Below, one piece after another: positions 21,082-30,463 of a stretch of 64,000 bases of DNA. Source of the stretch: an uncultured Verrucomicrobiae bacterium (GTDB taxonomy: Bacteria; Verrucomicrobiota; Verrucomicrobiia; Chthoniobacterales; JAFAMB01); the NCBI GenBank assembly GCA_963793135.1, contig CAWBYX010000028.1, positions 119,886 to 183,885 of the forward strand, read 5' to 3'. Numbering within the stretch: position 1 is the first letter of the stretch; every line of letters begins with the position of its first letter. The notes beneath the pieces are model-generated. The model saw only the letters and a program-made list of their open reading frames with translations. It did no database searches and was not told the origin of the DNA. A program made the position numbers and the translations under genes.

Positions 21082-21324
21082 CTGAGCTTCTCGCGACATC
21101 TGCAATCCCGAAGGAGCAAAGCGGAAGTGGTTTGCGGATCGCATTTTGCGAGCCCTTGTTGCCCTCTTTTTCGCGTTCTGCCAGTGACGGACTTGGTTCC
21201 CATTCTGGAGGTTCAAAGTTTACTGCCTGAATTCCCTGAACCGAAGTCAACCGATAGTTCTGAAGGCCGCTGGGCACGGGAATAGCTCCTGTCGACCGGG
21301 AATGGACAGCCAGTAAAGATCCAC

Positions 21325-21840
21325 TTGGGCAAGTTCTCCACACCCTTTGACGAATTTGAAGATCCGGGCCGGGGCGCACCCGCCGCCCGGCGCGGAAGAA
21401 TCGTGTATTGCCTGCAAGCTGGATTGCGCGGATTGAGTGTCGGCGCGCTTTGGGTGGCGATTCTGACCGCGGGCTTCCTGATCGCGCGCCACGCTCTTCC
21501 GTTGATGACGGGATCACAAGCCCCGATTTCTTTTAAGTCCGCCGTCCCTTTGATCGCGATCGGAATTTCGTACCTCGTTCTCATCCTCTCCCTGCGCCGC
21601 ACGCTGGGTCAACGTTTAGTCGGGATTTCTGTGGGATTGGCCTTTGTGCTTTGGGGATTGGAACAGTTCCTGAGGGATCAGGCATGGATTTCTTTTATTG
21701 ACGACGTGGTGGTCTTTCTCTTTGTCGCCGATCTGAGCATTGTCATCCGGCACAATCTCAAGAGTTGTGTGGGTGAACGCCAGGTTTCCAAAGCCTGCAC
21801 GGATGAGCTTAGTGGTCACGACGACAATTCCTCCGGATAA
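21325..21840 (+). CDS. Hypothetical membrane protein
   Basis: 171 aa with several hydrophobic segments (LSVGALWVAILTAGFLIARHALPL, FVLWGLEQFL). Confidence 0.6.
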   Translation: MGKFSTPFDEFEDPGRGAPAARRGRIVYCLQAGLRGLSVGALWVAILTAGFLIARHALPLMTGSQAPISFKSAVPLIAIGISYLVLILSLRRTLGQRLVGISVGLAFVLWGLEQFLRDQAWISFIDDVVVFLFVADLSIVIRHNLKSCVGERQVSKACTDELSGHDDNSSG

Positions 21841-22154
21841 GTGGAGTGAGATTTTCAAGGATGAATCCGTTGCCGGGGCTGTCGCGCATCGGTTGCTCGA
21901 TCGCGGGCATTTGCTGGAGGCAACTGGAGCTCCCTATCCGCACCTATTTAACCGGCCGGTAATGTTAGGACTATCGTAGTTCACCTGAACGACTCCATCC
22001 TGCGGGTAGCCTGTATTGAGACCCGTATCGACACCGGGGTCACTGGGAATTTTTTTATTTTGAAACTCGTCTACTTGAAATCCCAAGTACTTAGTTGAGG
22101 GGAGATATCAATCGCCCTGAAACCAGATTTGAACATTGTTAGGGGGCTTCTCGA

Positions 22155-22844
22155 ATGATTAAACGTCTCGGAAATCTGATCACGGGGTTTCTGCACTTGT
22201 TGACTGCTGCTTTGGAGGAAAGAAACCCCGATGTTTTGCTCGCTTTAGAGCAGGAAAATTTGCGCAAACAGCTCGGAAATTACAACCGCGGGCTATCAAC
22301 GCATGCCAGCTTGTGCGAGCGTCTTAATACGCAGGTCAAACGATTGGAGAACGAAGAGCGATCACTGCGCGTGCAAACTACGGTGCTTGTGCGGGGCGGA
22401 AAACGTCAAAAGGCAGGGGGCTTCGCCCTTCGACTGCAGACCGTCGAGAGAGATCTTCGGGAAAGCCGAGCCCAGTTGGCGCGCGCAGAGGAAGTTTATC
22501 GGGAACTGAGTAGGGCTCGAGACCGGTCATTCAAAGGGGCTCAGAGCCAGATTCAGGCGCTGCGTTTCGACTTGGACGATCTTAAGATCAGGCGCGCGAC
22601 CGCAGAGCTGACAGAAGCGGCTTCGGGATTAATCACGCAGATCGGCGGATCTGGTGACACGCTGAAGCGGTTGCAAGAACTGGTCGAAAACGAACGTGAC
22701 AGGGCTGCAGGCAAGGCGCGTATCGCCGGTGACGCAATGGCTTCCACGAGTTTTCAACTGGATGAGGCGCAACAAGAAGTACTGGCCGAACAGGCGCTAA
22801 CTGATTTTGAGCGAAATAGAAATAGCTACGAACTCAGAGGGTGA
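22155..22844 (+). CDS. PspA/IM30-like coiled-coil protein
   Basis: MIKRLGNLITGFLHLLTAALEERNPDVLLALEQENLRKQL...; long coiled coil with the PspA-like layout. Confidence 0.7.
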   Translation: MIKRLGNLITGFLHLLTAALEERNPDVLLALEQENLRKQLGNYNRGLSTHASLCERLNTQVKRLENEERSLRVQTTVLVRGGKRQKAGGFALRLQTVERDLRESRAQLARAEEVYRELSRARDRSFKGAQSQIQALRFDLDDLKIRRATAELTEAASGLITQIGGSGDTLKRLQELVENERDRAAGKARIAGDAMASTSFQLDEAQQEVLAEQALTDFERNRNSYELRG

Positions 22845-23013
22845 GAAAGCGAAGGGGAGAATTGGCTGCCGATAGCGCCAAGCAATCTGGAAAGAAACTA
22901 GAGTATTCGCTGTAATGCTACCTGAGCCTAGGCGTTAAGGGGTCCATCCGTAGTGCTTGCGCGAATAGGCTTTAAGGTTTAACGATCTGTTAGCTAGAAA
23001 GAGAGAGTCCGGA

Positions 23014-24746
23014 TTGGATATTTACCTGTCGTGCTTGCTCGGAGGGCTGGTTGCACTGGCAGCCTTTGTTTTGTGCGGGGCGGGGTTTCATCATCCGGGA
23101 GTTCACCACGGTGAGGCTTCCCCGGGGTATAACGGTCATGTTTCGGGCCATCACCACTCTTTGGATCGCTCAAACGCTGCCTCCAATGGCTGGTCGTCCT
23201 TTTCGATCTTGACATGGCTAAGCTGCCTCTCGCCGCTCTATCTTTGCGGCGCTGTTATTGGTTTTGGCGTTACAGGCACTTTGGTGGGGCACTTATTCCA
23301 AGGCTGGCCTTGTTTTGCGCTCGCTCTTCTGGGGGCTTACCTCACACGCATTATCTGTATTCGACCGCTGATTTCCGGGATTCTAATGTGGGCGTCACGA
23401 CCGGCGAGAACCCTGGGCGACGCCGTGCTTGAGACTGGGATTGCGGCAACCAATTTTGATGCAAACGGCTACGGCATGGTCAGGCTTTCTCTCGATGGGC
23501 AGATTGTCCAATTGCTGGGTCTGCTGGTGCCTGAGGAGTCGACCGCGCTTCGCGTTAATGCCGGGGAGAGACTTTTCATTCGCTCTGTCGACTCGGTAAG
23601 ACAACGATGCCGGGTGAGCCGAACGGCTGCGTTTCCGCTCGAGCCTCTGCCCGATAGCGCGCAAGAATTAGACGCAAAACCGCGCCGCGTCTGTCCGACT
23701 TGTGGTCATGTCTTTTCTGGGAACATGCAAGGCTGTCCGGTATGCCTGCTCCGGAAGGCTCTCGACCCCGATGTGGAGTTGATTGAAGCAGCAAACGCTG
23801 CGGCCGGTCAACCCATACCCGGATATCCAACCCAAAAATTTGAACATTATGAGCTCGTACGTGGGGCCGACGGGAAGCCGCTGGAGTTGGGTCGGGGAGC
23901 GATGGGTGTGACTTACAAGGCGTTTGATACCAGATTGAGTTGTCCCGTGGCACTAAAGGTTATTGGCGAAAGGTGCTTGGGAGACAATGGTGCCCAGTTC
24001 GCTTCCTGCGCGAAGCTCGCGCGGCAGCCAGTGTTCGACATCCGAACGTAGCTTCGGTCTTCCACCTGGGCAAAAGTGATCGAAACCATTTTTACGCGAT
24101 GGAGTTTGTCGAAGGCGAGACTTTAGAACGGCTAGTGAAACACTCAGGCCGGCTTCCAGTCAAACTAGCGCTCGAAATAGCACGACAGGTGAGCGCCGGG
24201 TTGGCCGCTGTGCACAAACAGAAGCTAGTGCATCGGGACATCAAACCGAGCAACATTATGGTGAACTTGGACGCAGAAGGCTCGGTGGTCGCCAAAATTA
24301 TCGATTTGGGCTTGGCAAAAGCAATGTATGAAGCGGGTTCTCAGGCCGGAGTCTCTGCGGCCGGAGCTTTTGTTGGAACGCCTGAGTTTTCCAGTCCCGA
24401 ACAGTTCGCCGGAGTTGGGGTCGATATCCGCTCTGATGTGTACGCTCTAGGCGCCACAGTTTGGTATATGCTGAGCGGAAAACCGCCCTTTGGCGGCACT
24501 GCCGCAGAGTTGATGTATCAGCATTTACATGCCCCGTTGCCAATTGAACTGTTGGGCCAGATCCCCCAACCGGTCTCCATTCTCCTTGCGGTGTTGCTCG
24601 AGAAGGACCCCGCCCTGCGCGTTCAGAGCCCGACGCAATTTCTAACTGCGCTACCGACGGTTATGGAAGCTATAGACTCCGGCAATCCTCTGACCCGTAT
24701 GAACCTGGAGACTCCAGCGGTTTTGGCTATTAGCCGTCCTCCTTAA
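23014..24746 (+). CDS. Membrane NfeD/YqiJ-like region + zinc ribbon + Ser/Thr protein kinase, split by a frameshift near 23998
   Basis: N-terminal membrane segments; GMVRLSLDGQIVQLLGLLV OB-like stretch; CPTCGHVFSGNMQGCPVC; kinase N lobe LGRGAMGVTYKAFDTRLSCPVALKVI in the first ORF; HRDIKPSNIMV, IDLGLAKA, GTPEFSSPEQF, SDVYALG in the second ORF (23940..24746). Confidence 0.85.
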
Positions 24747-24785
24747 ACGCGAATTTAATCTGAACCTGGGGAGATAAACAGAAAG

Positions 24786-26063
24786 GTGGGACGTATGCTT
24801 AATATCACAATAATAATCGGCTTGATCGTCTTAGTGGCGGTAGCCGTCCCGCTCACCATCACCGCTTTCCTAAAGGATGTTGAGGCCGGCTCCATCCGGT
24901 TGGTAACCTGGTGGCGCGGTAGTATGAAGATCTACCGTGGACCCGGCAAATGCTACGAGGTGCCATTGCTGACTAACGGAACGACTATCTCCAGCAAAGT
25001 GATCAACGTAGATCTCGATATCACTGATCAGACGGCGGACGTCGATTCCTCGGGGATTCCAAACCCCATCAAGGTCCGAGTCCTTGCCAGCGCCATTGTA
25101 TCGGTCGGCGACAGCGACGAGTTAATCAAGACTGCAGCAAACCGCTTTTTTGCCAAAAGTAATGATGAGCAAATGGCCGCCCTAACGGATTTACTCTCAT
25201 CGTCCGGACGTCGTGCCGTTAACCTTTTGACGCACGATCAATTATTTAGCGCCAAATCCAGCGTTGGTAAAACTCACTTGCCAGGTGGTTCAGAGGACCA
25301 TTCCTTATTGCGTGTTACGGTTGCCGCGGAAGAAGATGATGATCCCTTGGCGATTATAATTCGCAAAGCTGGCTCCCGCGAGCTTACAGATCTCGGCCTG
25401 GTCTTCAACTCCCTTAACATCAAAGTCGTCCAAAGCGAAGTGGCGGATGCACGGCGGCGTCAATCTGCAGCCGAAGCGACTGCCAATGCGGATATTGTTG
25501 CGGCCAATCAAACCCGGCGCGCCAAGGAGGCGCAACTGGACGCGGAGCGATCGATTTCTGATAAGCAAAGAGAACTGGAGCAGACCCGCTTGGGGAACGC
25601 AGTGTTAATTGCTGAAGCGGAGGCCAAGCTTCAAGATGCTTTGGCGCGACAGAAGGCGAGCGAATTAAAAGCAACTCAGATCGCGCAAGCCAACGCTGAC
25701 TCCGAAGCGGTCGAGATTGCAGCCGAAGCCCGGGCAGGACAGATTCGCAAGATAGCTCAGGCGATTAAGGAGGGGGGCGAGCAATTCCTGCGATACCGCC
25801 AGATTGAGATGCTGCCAGACATTGCTCCGGCAATTGCGCAGGCCTTGGCTCAGGCGAAGCTAATAACTGTACATAGTGGCGCTGAAGGTGGTGATGCCGC
25901 CTCCGCAACAACTGATTCGATTACCAGCGTTGTCCGCACCGTACTTGCAGCACAAATCATAGGTCGCAATGGACTATTCGAAACGTCCGAGGAAACCTCG
26001 TCGAAGCACGACGGTCTTGGCGTCACCTCGAATATTGGGGGCGAAAGGATTCTTCACTCCTAA
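24786..26063 (+). CDS. SPFH/Band 7 (flotillin-like, YqiK-like) protein
   Basis: N-terminal TM helix, DVEAGSIRLVTWWRGSMKIYRGPGKCYEVP Band 7-type start, long Ala/Glu-rich helical region (AEAEAKLQDALARQKASELKATQIAQANADSEAVEI). Confidence 0.78.
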   Translation: MGRMLNITIIIGLIVLVAVAVPLTITAFLKDVEAGSIRLVTWWRGSMKIYRGPGKCYEVPLLTNGTTISSKVINVDLDITDQTADVDSSGIPNPIKVRVLASAIVSVGDSDELIKTAANRFFAKSNDEQMAALTDLLSSSGRRAVNLLTHDQLFSAKSSVGKTHLPGGSEDHSLLRVTVAAEEDDDPLAIIIRKAGSRELTDLGLVFNSLNIKVVQSEVADARRRQSAAEATANADIVAANQTRRAKEAQLDAERSISDKQRELEQTRLGNAVLIAEAEAKLQDALARQKASELKATQIAQANADSEAVEIAAEARAGQIRKIAQAIKEGGEQFLRYRQIEMLPDIAPAIAQALAQAKLITVHSGAEGGDAASATTDSITSVVRTVLAAQIIGRNGLFETSEETSSKHDGLGVTSNIGGERILHS

Positions 26064-26187
26064 ATTGGAGCACGGGGCTTGTGTCTCTCAGCTTGCCTTT
26101 TCGAGCGGCGATACGGCACAAGCTTTATACGGCTCCTCGTTCTGCAAATGCGAATGACAGGTTTTTTGGTTGTGTCGGTAATGCCCT

Positions 26188-26955
26188 ATGAACAGCGATG
26201 AAGACGCTCCTGCAGAACGAGAGGCCAGCTTTCAGCCCACGCACTGGACACTCGTTCTCAAGGCGGCTCAAAGCAACACGCCCGGTGCAGCCGGTGCCTT
26301 GGGCGAGTTGTGCCAACTTTACTGGTATCCGCTCTATGTATTTGCTCGCCGCAGGGGCCGGTCTCCCGATGACGCCAAAGATCTCACCCAAGGCTTTTTT
26401 CTTCTACTACTCGACAAACGGGTACTAACGGCAGTTGATCGGCAAAAGGGTAAATTCCGCTCGTTTTTGCTGACCACGTTTCAACATTACATTTCAGGGG
26501 AGTTGGACCGTGCCCGCGCTCTGAAGCGTGGAGGCGGTTGTGAGTTCGTCTCGCTTGACTTTCAGTGCGCAGAGGGCCGCTACAAGCAAGAGCCGGCGGA
26601 CAAAACGATCACGGCCGAGCAACTTTTTGATGCCAGGTGGGCTTTAACCTTGCTGAGCCGGGCGATGAATTTGCTGCGTCAGGAATACGTTGTTCAGGGC
26701 CGCGCGGAGACTTTTGAAATCTTGAAAATATTTCTTCAGAATGGCGACACCCCTCCCTCCTACGAAGCCGCCGCAGGTGCTCTGTGCCTTGGACTTGGAG
26801 CAACCAAAACGCTCATTCACCGCCTGCGTAAGCAATACACCACGATTTTGCGAAAAGAGATTGCCCGCACCGTGTCTGATCCAGAGGAGGTGGAAACGGA
26901 AATCCATGCATTGTGCGAAGCACTCATTGCTTCCAAAGGCCAGTTGGACCCGTGA
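26188..26955 (+). CDS. ECF-type RNA polymerase sigma factor
   Basis: WTLVLKAAQSNTPGAAGALGELCQLYWYPLYVFARRRGRSPDDAKDLTQGFFLLLL; sigma2 and sigma4-like regions typical of Planctomycetes/Verrucomicrobia ECF factors. Confidence 0.88.
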   Translation: MNSDEDAPAEREASFQPTHWTLVLKAAQSNTPGAAGALGELCQLYWYPLYVFARRRGRSPDDAKDLTQGFFLLLLDKRVLTAVDRQKGKFRSFLLTTFQHYISGELDRARALKRGGGCEFVSLDFQCAEGRYKQEPADKTITAEQLFDARWALTLLSRAMNLLRQEYVVQGRAETFEILKIFLQNGDTPPSYEAAAGALCLGLGATKTLIHRLRKQYTTILRKEIARTVSDPEEVETEIHALCEALIASKGQLDP

Positions 26956-27313
26956 CGAACCTATCGCTCGTCCACATCGTTCAGTTCTGTCGGCTGAACA
27001 TAGTTGTCAGTTCTCAGTGTCAGTTGCCACTGGAGACGGAGAGTCGAGAAATCACCGTAGCTCCACTCCTGAGAGGCGTTTGCAAGTCTCGATCAGGCTT
27101 TCTTGCAGCTCTGCATCGGAGGTTTGTCGTTTCGGCGTGCGAAGCTGCATATGATAAAAATACTGGCCAGAAACCGCCGCGCGCGCCTCATCACTGACTG
27201 CCATGAGAGCGGTGGCGTCAAAATCGGATAAAACCAATGATTTTAAAATCGGATGGTGGATTGGGGTATGTAACGACAACGGTCGCTGTGGTTTCCGAAA
27301 AGGGGGGCGGTTG

Positions 27314-28066
27314 TCAGCTTTCGATGCGGTCTTTCATGCGGTAGCTGGAGCCTTCGATTAAAACGGTTTCGGCGTGGTGGAGGAGACGGTCGAGTACGGC
27401 GGAGGTGATAGTGCTATCACCGTTGAAGATGGTAGCCCACTGTTTGAAGGCTTTGTTGGAGGTAAGTACGATAGAACCGCGTTCATAGCGTTGGCTGATG
27501 ACCTGGAAGAGCAGATCGGCTCCGCGCTGGTCGATGGGAAGATAGCCGATCTCGTCGAGGAGCAGCAGCGCGGGTGAGAGATAGCGTTTGAGCTCGGATT
27601 TGAGCACGCCTTTAGTCTGGGCGGCACTCAAGGTGTTAATCACGTCGATAGCGTTGGCGAACAGGACGCTATAGCCGTGCTGGCACGCGGCATAGCCGAG
27701 TGCTGTGGCCAAGTGAGTTTTGCCGAGGCCAACCAGACCCAGGAAAATAACGTTGGCTTTCTCTTCGATAAAACTAAGCCGGAAGAGGTCCTGGATCTGG
27801 AGCCGATTGATTTTTTTGGGCCAGTCCCAACGGAAGCCTTCCAGGGTCTTGATGACTGGAAAACGGGCGGCTTTGATTCGCCGAGCAATCGTGCGCTGTT
27901 GACGTGCCGCGACTTCGCCCTGAAGGAGTCGACCCAGGTAGTCGAGATGGCTCCAGTGGTTGGCGGCGCTTTCGACAGCCAAGGGTTGGCAGTTTTCTTT
28001 GACACAAGTCAACTTGAGGTAATCAAGGTGCTCATTGAGCAAGAGGTCGGCAGGATTTCTAGTCAT
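27314..28066 (-). CDS. istB: IS21-like helper ATPase IstB
   Basis: FLGLVGLGKTHLATALGYAACQHGYSVLF Walker A; LLLLDEIGYLPIDQRGADLLFQVISQRYERGSIVLTSNKAF; start at 28066 overlaps istA by 8 bp. Confidence 0.95.
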   Translation of the reverse strand: MTRNPADLLLNEHLDYLKLTCVKENCQPLAVESAANHWSHLDYLGRLLQGEVAARQQRTIARRIKAARFPVIKTLEGFRWDWPKKINRLQIQDLFRLSFIEEKANVIFLGLVGLGKTHLATALGYAACQHGYSVLFANAIDVINTLSAAQTKGVLKSELKRYLSPALLLLDEIGYLPIDQRGADLLFQVISQRYERGSIVLTSNKAFKQWATIFNGDSTITSAVLDRLLHHAETVLIEGSSYRMKDRIES

Positions 28067-29969
28067 GGTTTGGGCACGATGGGGATGGTGTCTGTGAGCC
28101 TTCGTAGACGGAGAGATCGGGCTGCTCGAGTTCGACCTCGAGCAGATCTTGGCGCCTGGTGAGGTGGAGCGGGCCGGGCTGAGGGCTGAAGCGCTCGCGT
28201 TGTTGGAGGATGTTAGCGATATAGTCGCTGCTGAAGGCCTGGAACTCGAAGGAGTCTTCGATGGCGCGAGCGATTTTGTCGCAGCCATGAACCTCACTTA
28301 AAGCCATGATCTTGGCAATGTGTTGACGGGGGTTAAGGCGGTGGATCTTAAGCTGGAGGTAATACTCTTCGGCACGGGGACAGAGGCCAAAGAAGCGCAG
28401 CAGCAGTTTGGCGTCGCGTGCTGCACGGCGCTGATCGAGCAGTTCCTTGCCGTGCTCGGGATCTTCGAAGTCCTGGTGCCGGTCGTAGCTGCGGGTGTGG
28501 GTGGCGATCAGCTTCTCGCCGTGGTAGATGCAGAGCCGATCGGCAAAGGTTTTGAGTAGCAAAGGCTGGGAAGCATAAAGGCTGGGAACCGAATAGCGGT
28601 TGGTATCCAAGACCACACGGAAGCGGCTGCTGGTCGGTACAGTCCGGATGACTCCGGTGTCGGCGGGAAGCGGCGGCAACGCGTTCAAATGCGGCTTTTC
28701 CAGTGCGAAGAGTTCGATCGGTTGTTTGTGCGTTTCCCCGTGAATGCGGACATTGGCAACCGTATCCATCCAGTGGCGTGCAGCAGTGTTCAGTGCGTTC
28801 AAGCCGGGAGGCAGTTGCAGGCCGTCGAGGAAATTTTTCTTTACGTACCCGACACCGGATTCCACACGGCCTTTTTCGTTTGGCCTTCGCACGTTACAAG
28901 CACGCGGCTCGAAGCCGTAGTGTGCTGCAAAGTCCAGGTAGCGCGGATGAAAGAGCGGCCGTTCTCCAGCAGGATGCTTGAGCACAGCGGTCTTAGGATT
29001 GTCGATGAGAATTTTGGTCGGAACGCCGCCGAAAAACTCCAAAGCGTTCTGGTGAGCGGCCAGGAAGTGCTCCGTCGCTTCGCCCAGGGTAAACTCGACA
29101 TAGCACAATCGGCTGTAGCAAAGCACCATGACAAAGAAGGAGAGCCGTCGGCGAGTTGAGCCAATTGCCATCGAGCCGGCGCAGCCCCAATCGACTTGCG
29201 CGCATTCGCCCGGAGCGAACACCAGGGTCAGGAAAGCTGGCGCGCGCACGGGCCGCACTCGACGCACATAGTCTGTGAGGATGGAGATTCCGCCGGTATA
29301 AGCCTGCTCGGCACGCAGTCGTTGGAAGATTTGCGCGGCGCTATACGGATGCTGCTCCAACCAGCGCTGAATGATTGGCTTGTAAGGATCGAGCTTGCTC
29401 TTTCGCCGGGCTCTGAGGTGCTGGCAGTAGGTCTTCTGGCGCGCCCACTTTGCTACCGTCTCTTCATCGAGGTTCAACTCACGGCCGATCTGGGCAAAGC
29501 TTAAACCACGCTCCTTGTAGTAGAGCTGGATTTGACAATAAAGCTCGTAAGAGATCACGGCGAGCGGCTGCTGCTGCGCTCCTCCGGTCTCCAACATCTG
29601 GCGCAAAATCGCGCTGATGGGAAGCGTCTGGCCGGAGCGCGCAACGGGTGGTTCACTGGTCGAGGTCGGTTCCAGGCTCAAGACTTGGTAGAGCGGAGAT
29701 TCGTAAGCAATCAGACCCGCTGCCAGCAAACTGCACCGAGCCTCGCGCAACTGGGCTTCATTGAGCGAGAGCAACCGTGCCGCGGTCTTATCGGAGTAGT
29801 AACTTAAACCCTGCGCATCGGCCACCGTGACCAAGAGCAGGTAAAGCGCCAGCGCTTGAGGACCACACCGGGCGATGTGGCCATCGCGCACCAGCCGTTG
29901 ATCGATCCAACTAAAGCGGTGCGGCACATGGCGCAGCCGTTCCGGACAGAGTACCCGTTTGGTTATCAT
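28059..29969 (-). CDS. istA: IS21-like transposase IstA
   Basis: PGECAQVDWG...FFGGVPTKILIDNPKTAV...RPNEKGRVESGVGYVKKNFL; HTH LSFAQIGRELNLDEETVAKW. Confidence 0.96.
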   Translation of the reverse strand: MITKRVLCPERLRHVPHRFSWIDQRLVRDGHIARCGPQALALYLLLVTVADAQGLSYYSDKTAARLLSLNEAQLREARCSLLAAGLIAYESPLYQVLSLEPTSTSEPPVARSGQTLPISAILRQMLETGGAQQQPLAVISYELYCQIQLYYKERGLSFAQIGRELNLDEETVAKWARQKTYCQHLRARRKSKLDPYKPIIQRWLEQHPYSAAQIFQRLRAEQAYTGGISILTDYVRRVRPVRAPAFLTLVFAPGECAQVDWGCAGSMAIGSTRRRLSFFVMVLCYSRLCYVEFTLGEATEHFLAAHQNALEFFGGVPTKILIDNPKTAVLKHPAGERPLFHPRYLDFAAHYGFEPRACNVRRPNEKGRVESGVGYVKKNFLDGLQLPPGLNALNTAARHWMDTVANVRIHGETHKQPIELFALEKPHLNALPPLPADTGVIRTVPTSSRFRVVLDTNRYSVPSLYASQPLLLKTFADRLCIYHGEKLIATHTRSYDRHQDFEDPEHGKELLDQRRAARDAKLLLRFFGLCPRAEEYYLQLKIHRLNPRQHIAKIMALSEVHGCDKIARAIEDSFEFQAFSSDYIANILQQRERFSPQPGPLHLTRRQDLLEVELEQPDLSVYEGSQTPSPSCPNHD

Positions 29970-30463
29970 CGTGAGAATGCGTCGTTGTGACTCCAGAGCC
30001 TCCTGCCGAGGATGTCCTGGCCTTTGCTTAGCAGCGCCCGGGTGGTCGCCGCGATGTCCTCTTGTAACGCACTACCAGTCATCATGGAGATAAGTCCCAC
30101 CATCACAGCAGGTTGCATCACCAAGACATCTTGTAACGCATCGGAGATCTCTATTCTTTTAACTTCCTCATCCTGAGCTACTTGAGTCGCACAGAGATCT
30201 TGTAACGGTTCTCGGGGTAGAGGGCTCTTTTTGCGCCAGTACCCGGGATTGCGTTTTCGCCACTCTTTGACACGCTGGCTATTTTGCGGCCCGCTGAAGT
30301 AGTTTTGGTTGTCCGGTTTTTGTGCCCAGCGGCGCTGACTTTCCGCTTTGCTCTGTCTGCGACAGGCAGGTTCTGCGCAGTAGCGCTGATGATGCAAATT
30401 GCGTCGATCCGGCAGATAGAACTCCTTGCAATGCTGGCACTTCCGCCGCGCAGAACACTTCAT
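29966..30463 (-). CDS. IS21-associated accessory protein with Cys/His-rich N terminus
   Basis: MKCSARRKCQHCKEFYLPDRRNLHHQRYCAEPACRRQSKAESQRRWAQKPDNQNYFSGPQNSQRVKEWRKRNPGYWRKK...; overlaps the istA start by 4 bp. The track start at 30475 uses TTG; ATG is at 30463. Confidence 0.82.
   Translation of the reverse strand: MKCSARRKCQHCKEFYLPDRRNLHHQRYCAEPACRRQSKAESQRRWAQKPDNQNYFSGPQNSQRVKEWRKRNPGYWRKKSPLPREPLQDLCATQVAQDEEVKRIEISDALQDVLVMQPAVMVGLISMMTGSALQEDIAATTRALLSKGQDILGRRLWSHNDAFSR

Noticed and set aside
27771-28162. Plus-strand ORFs across the IS21 genes (27677..28162, 28320..28559, 28689..29159, 29196..29504)
   Set aside because: Antisense to intact istA/istB with strong family motifs; typical shadow ORFs in high-GC DNA.
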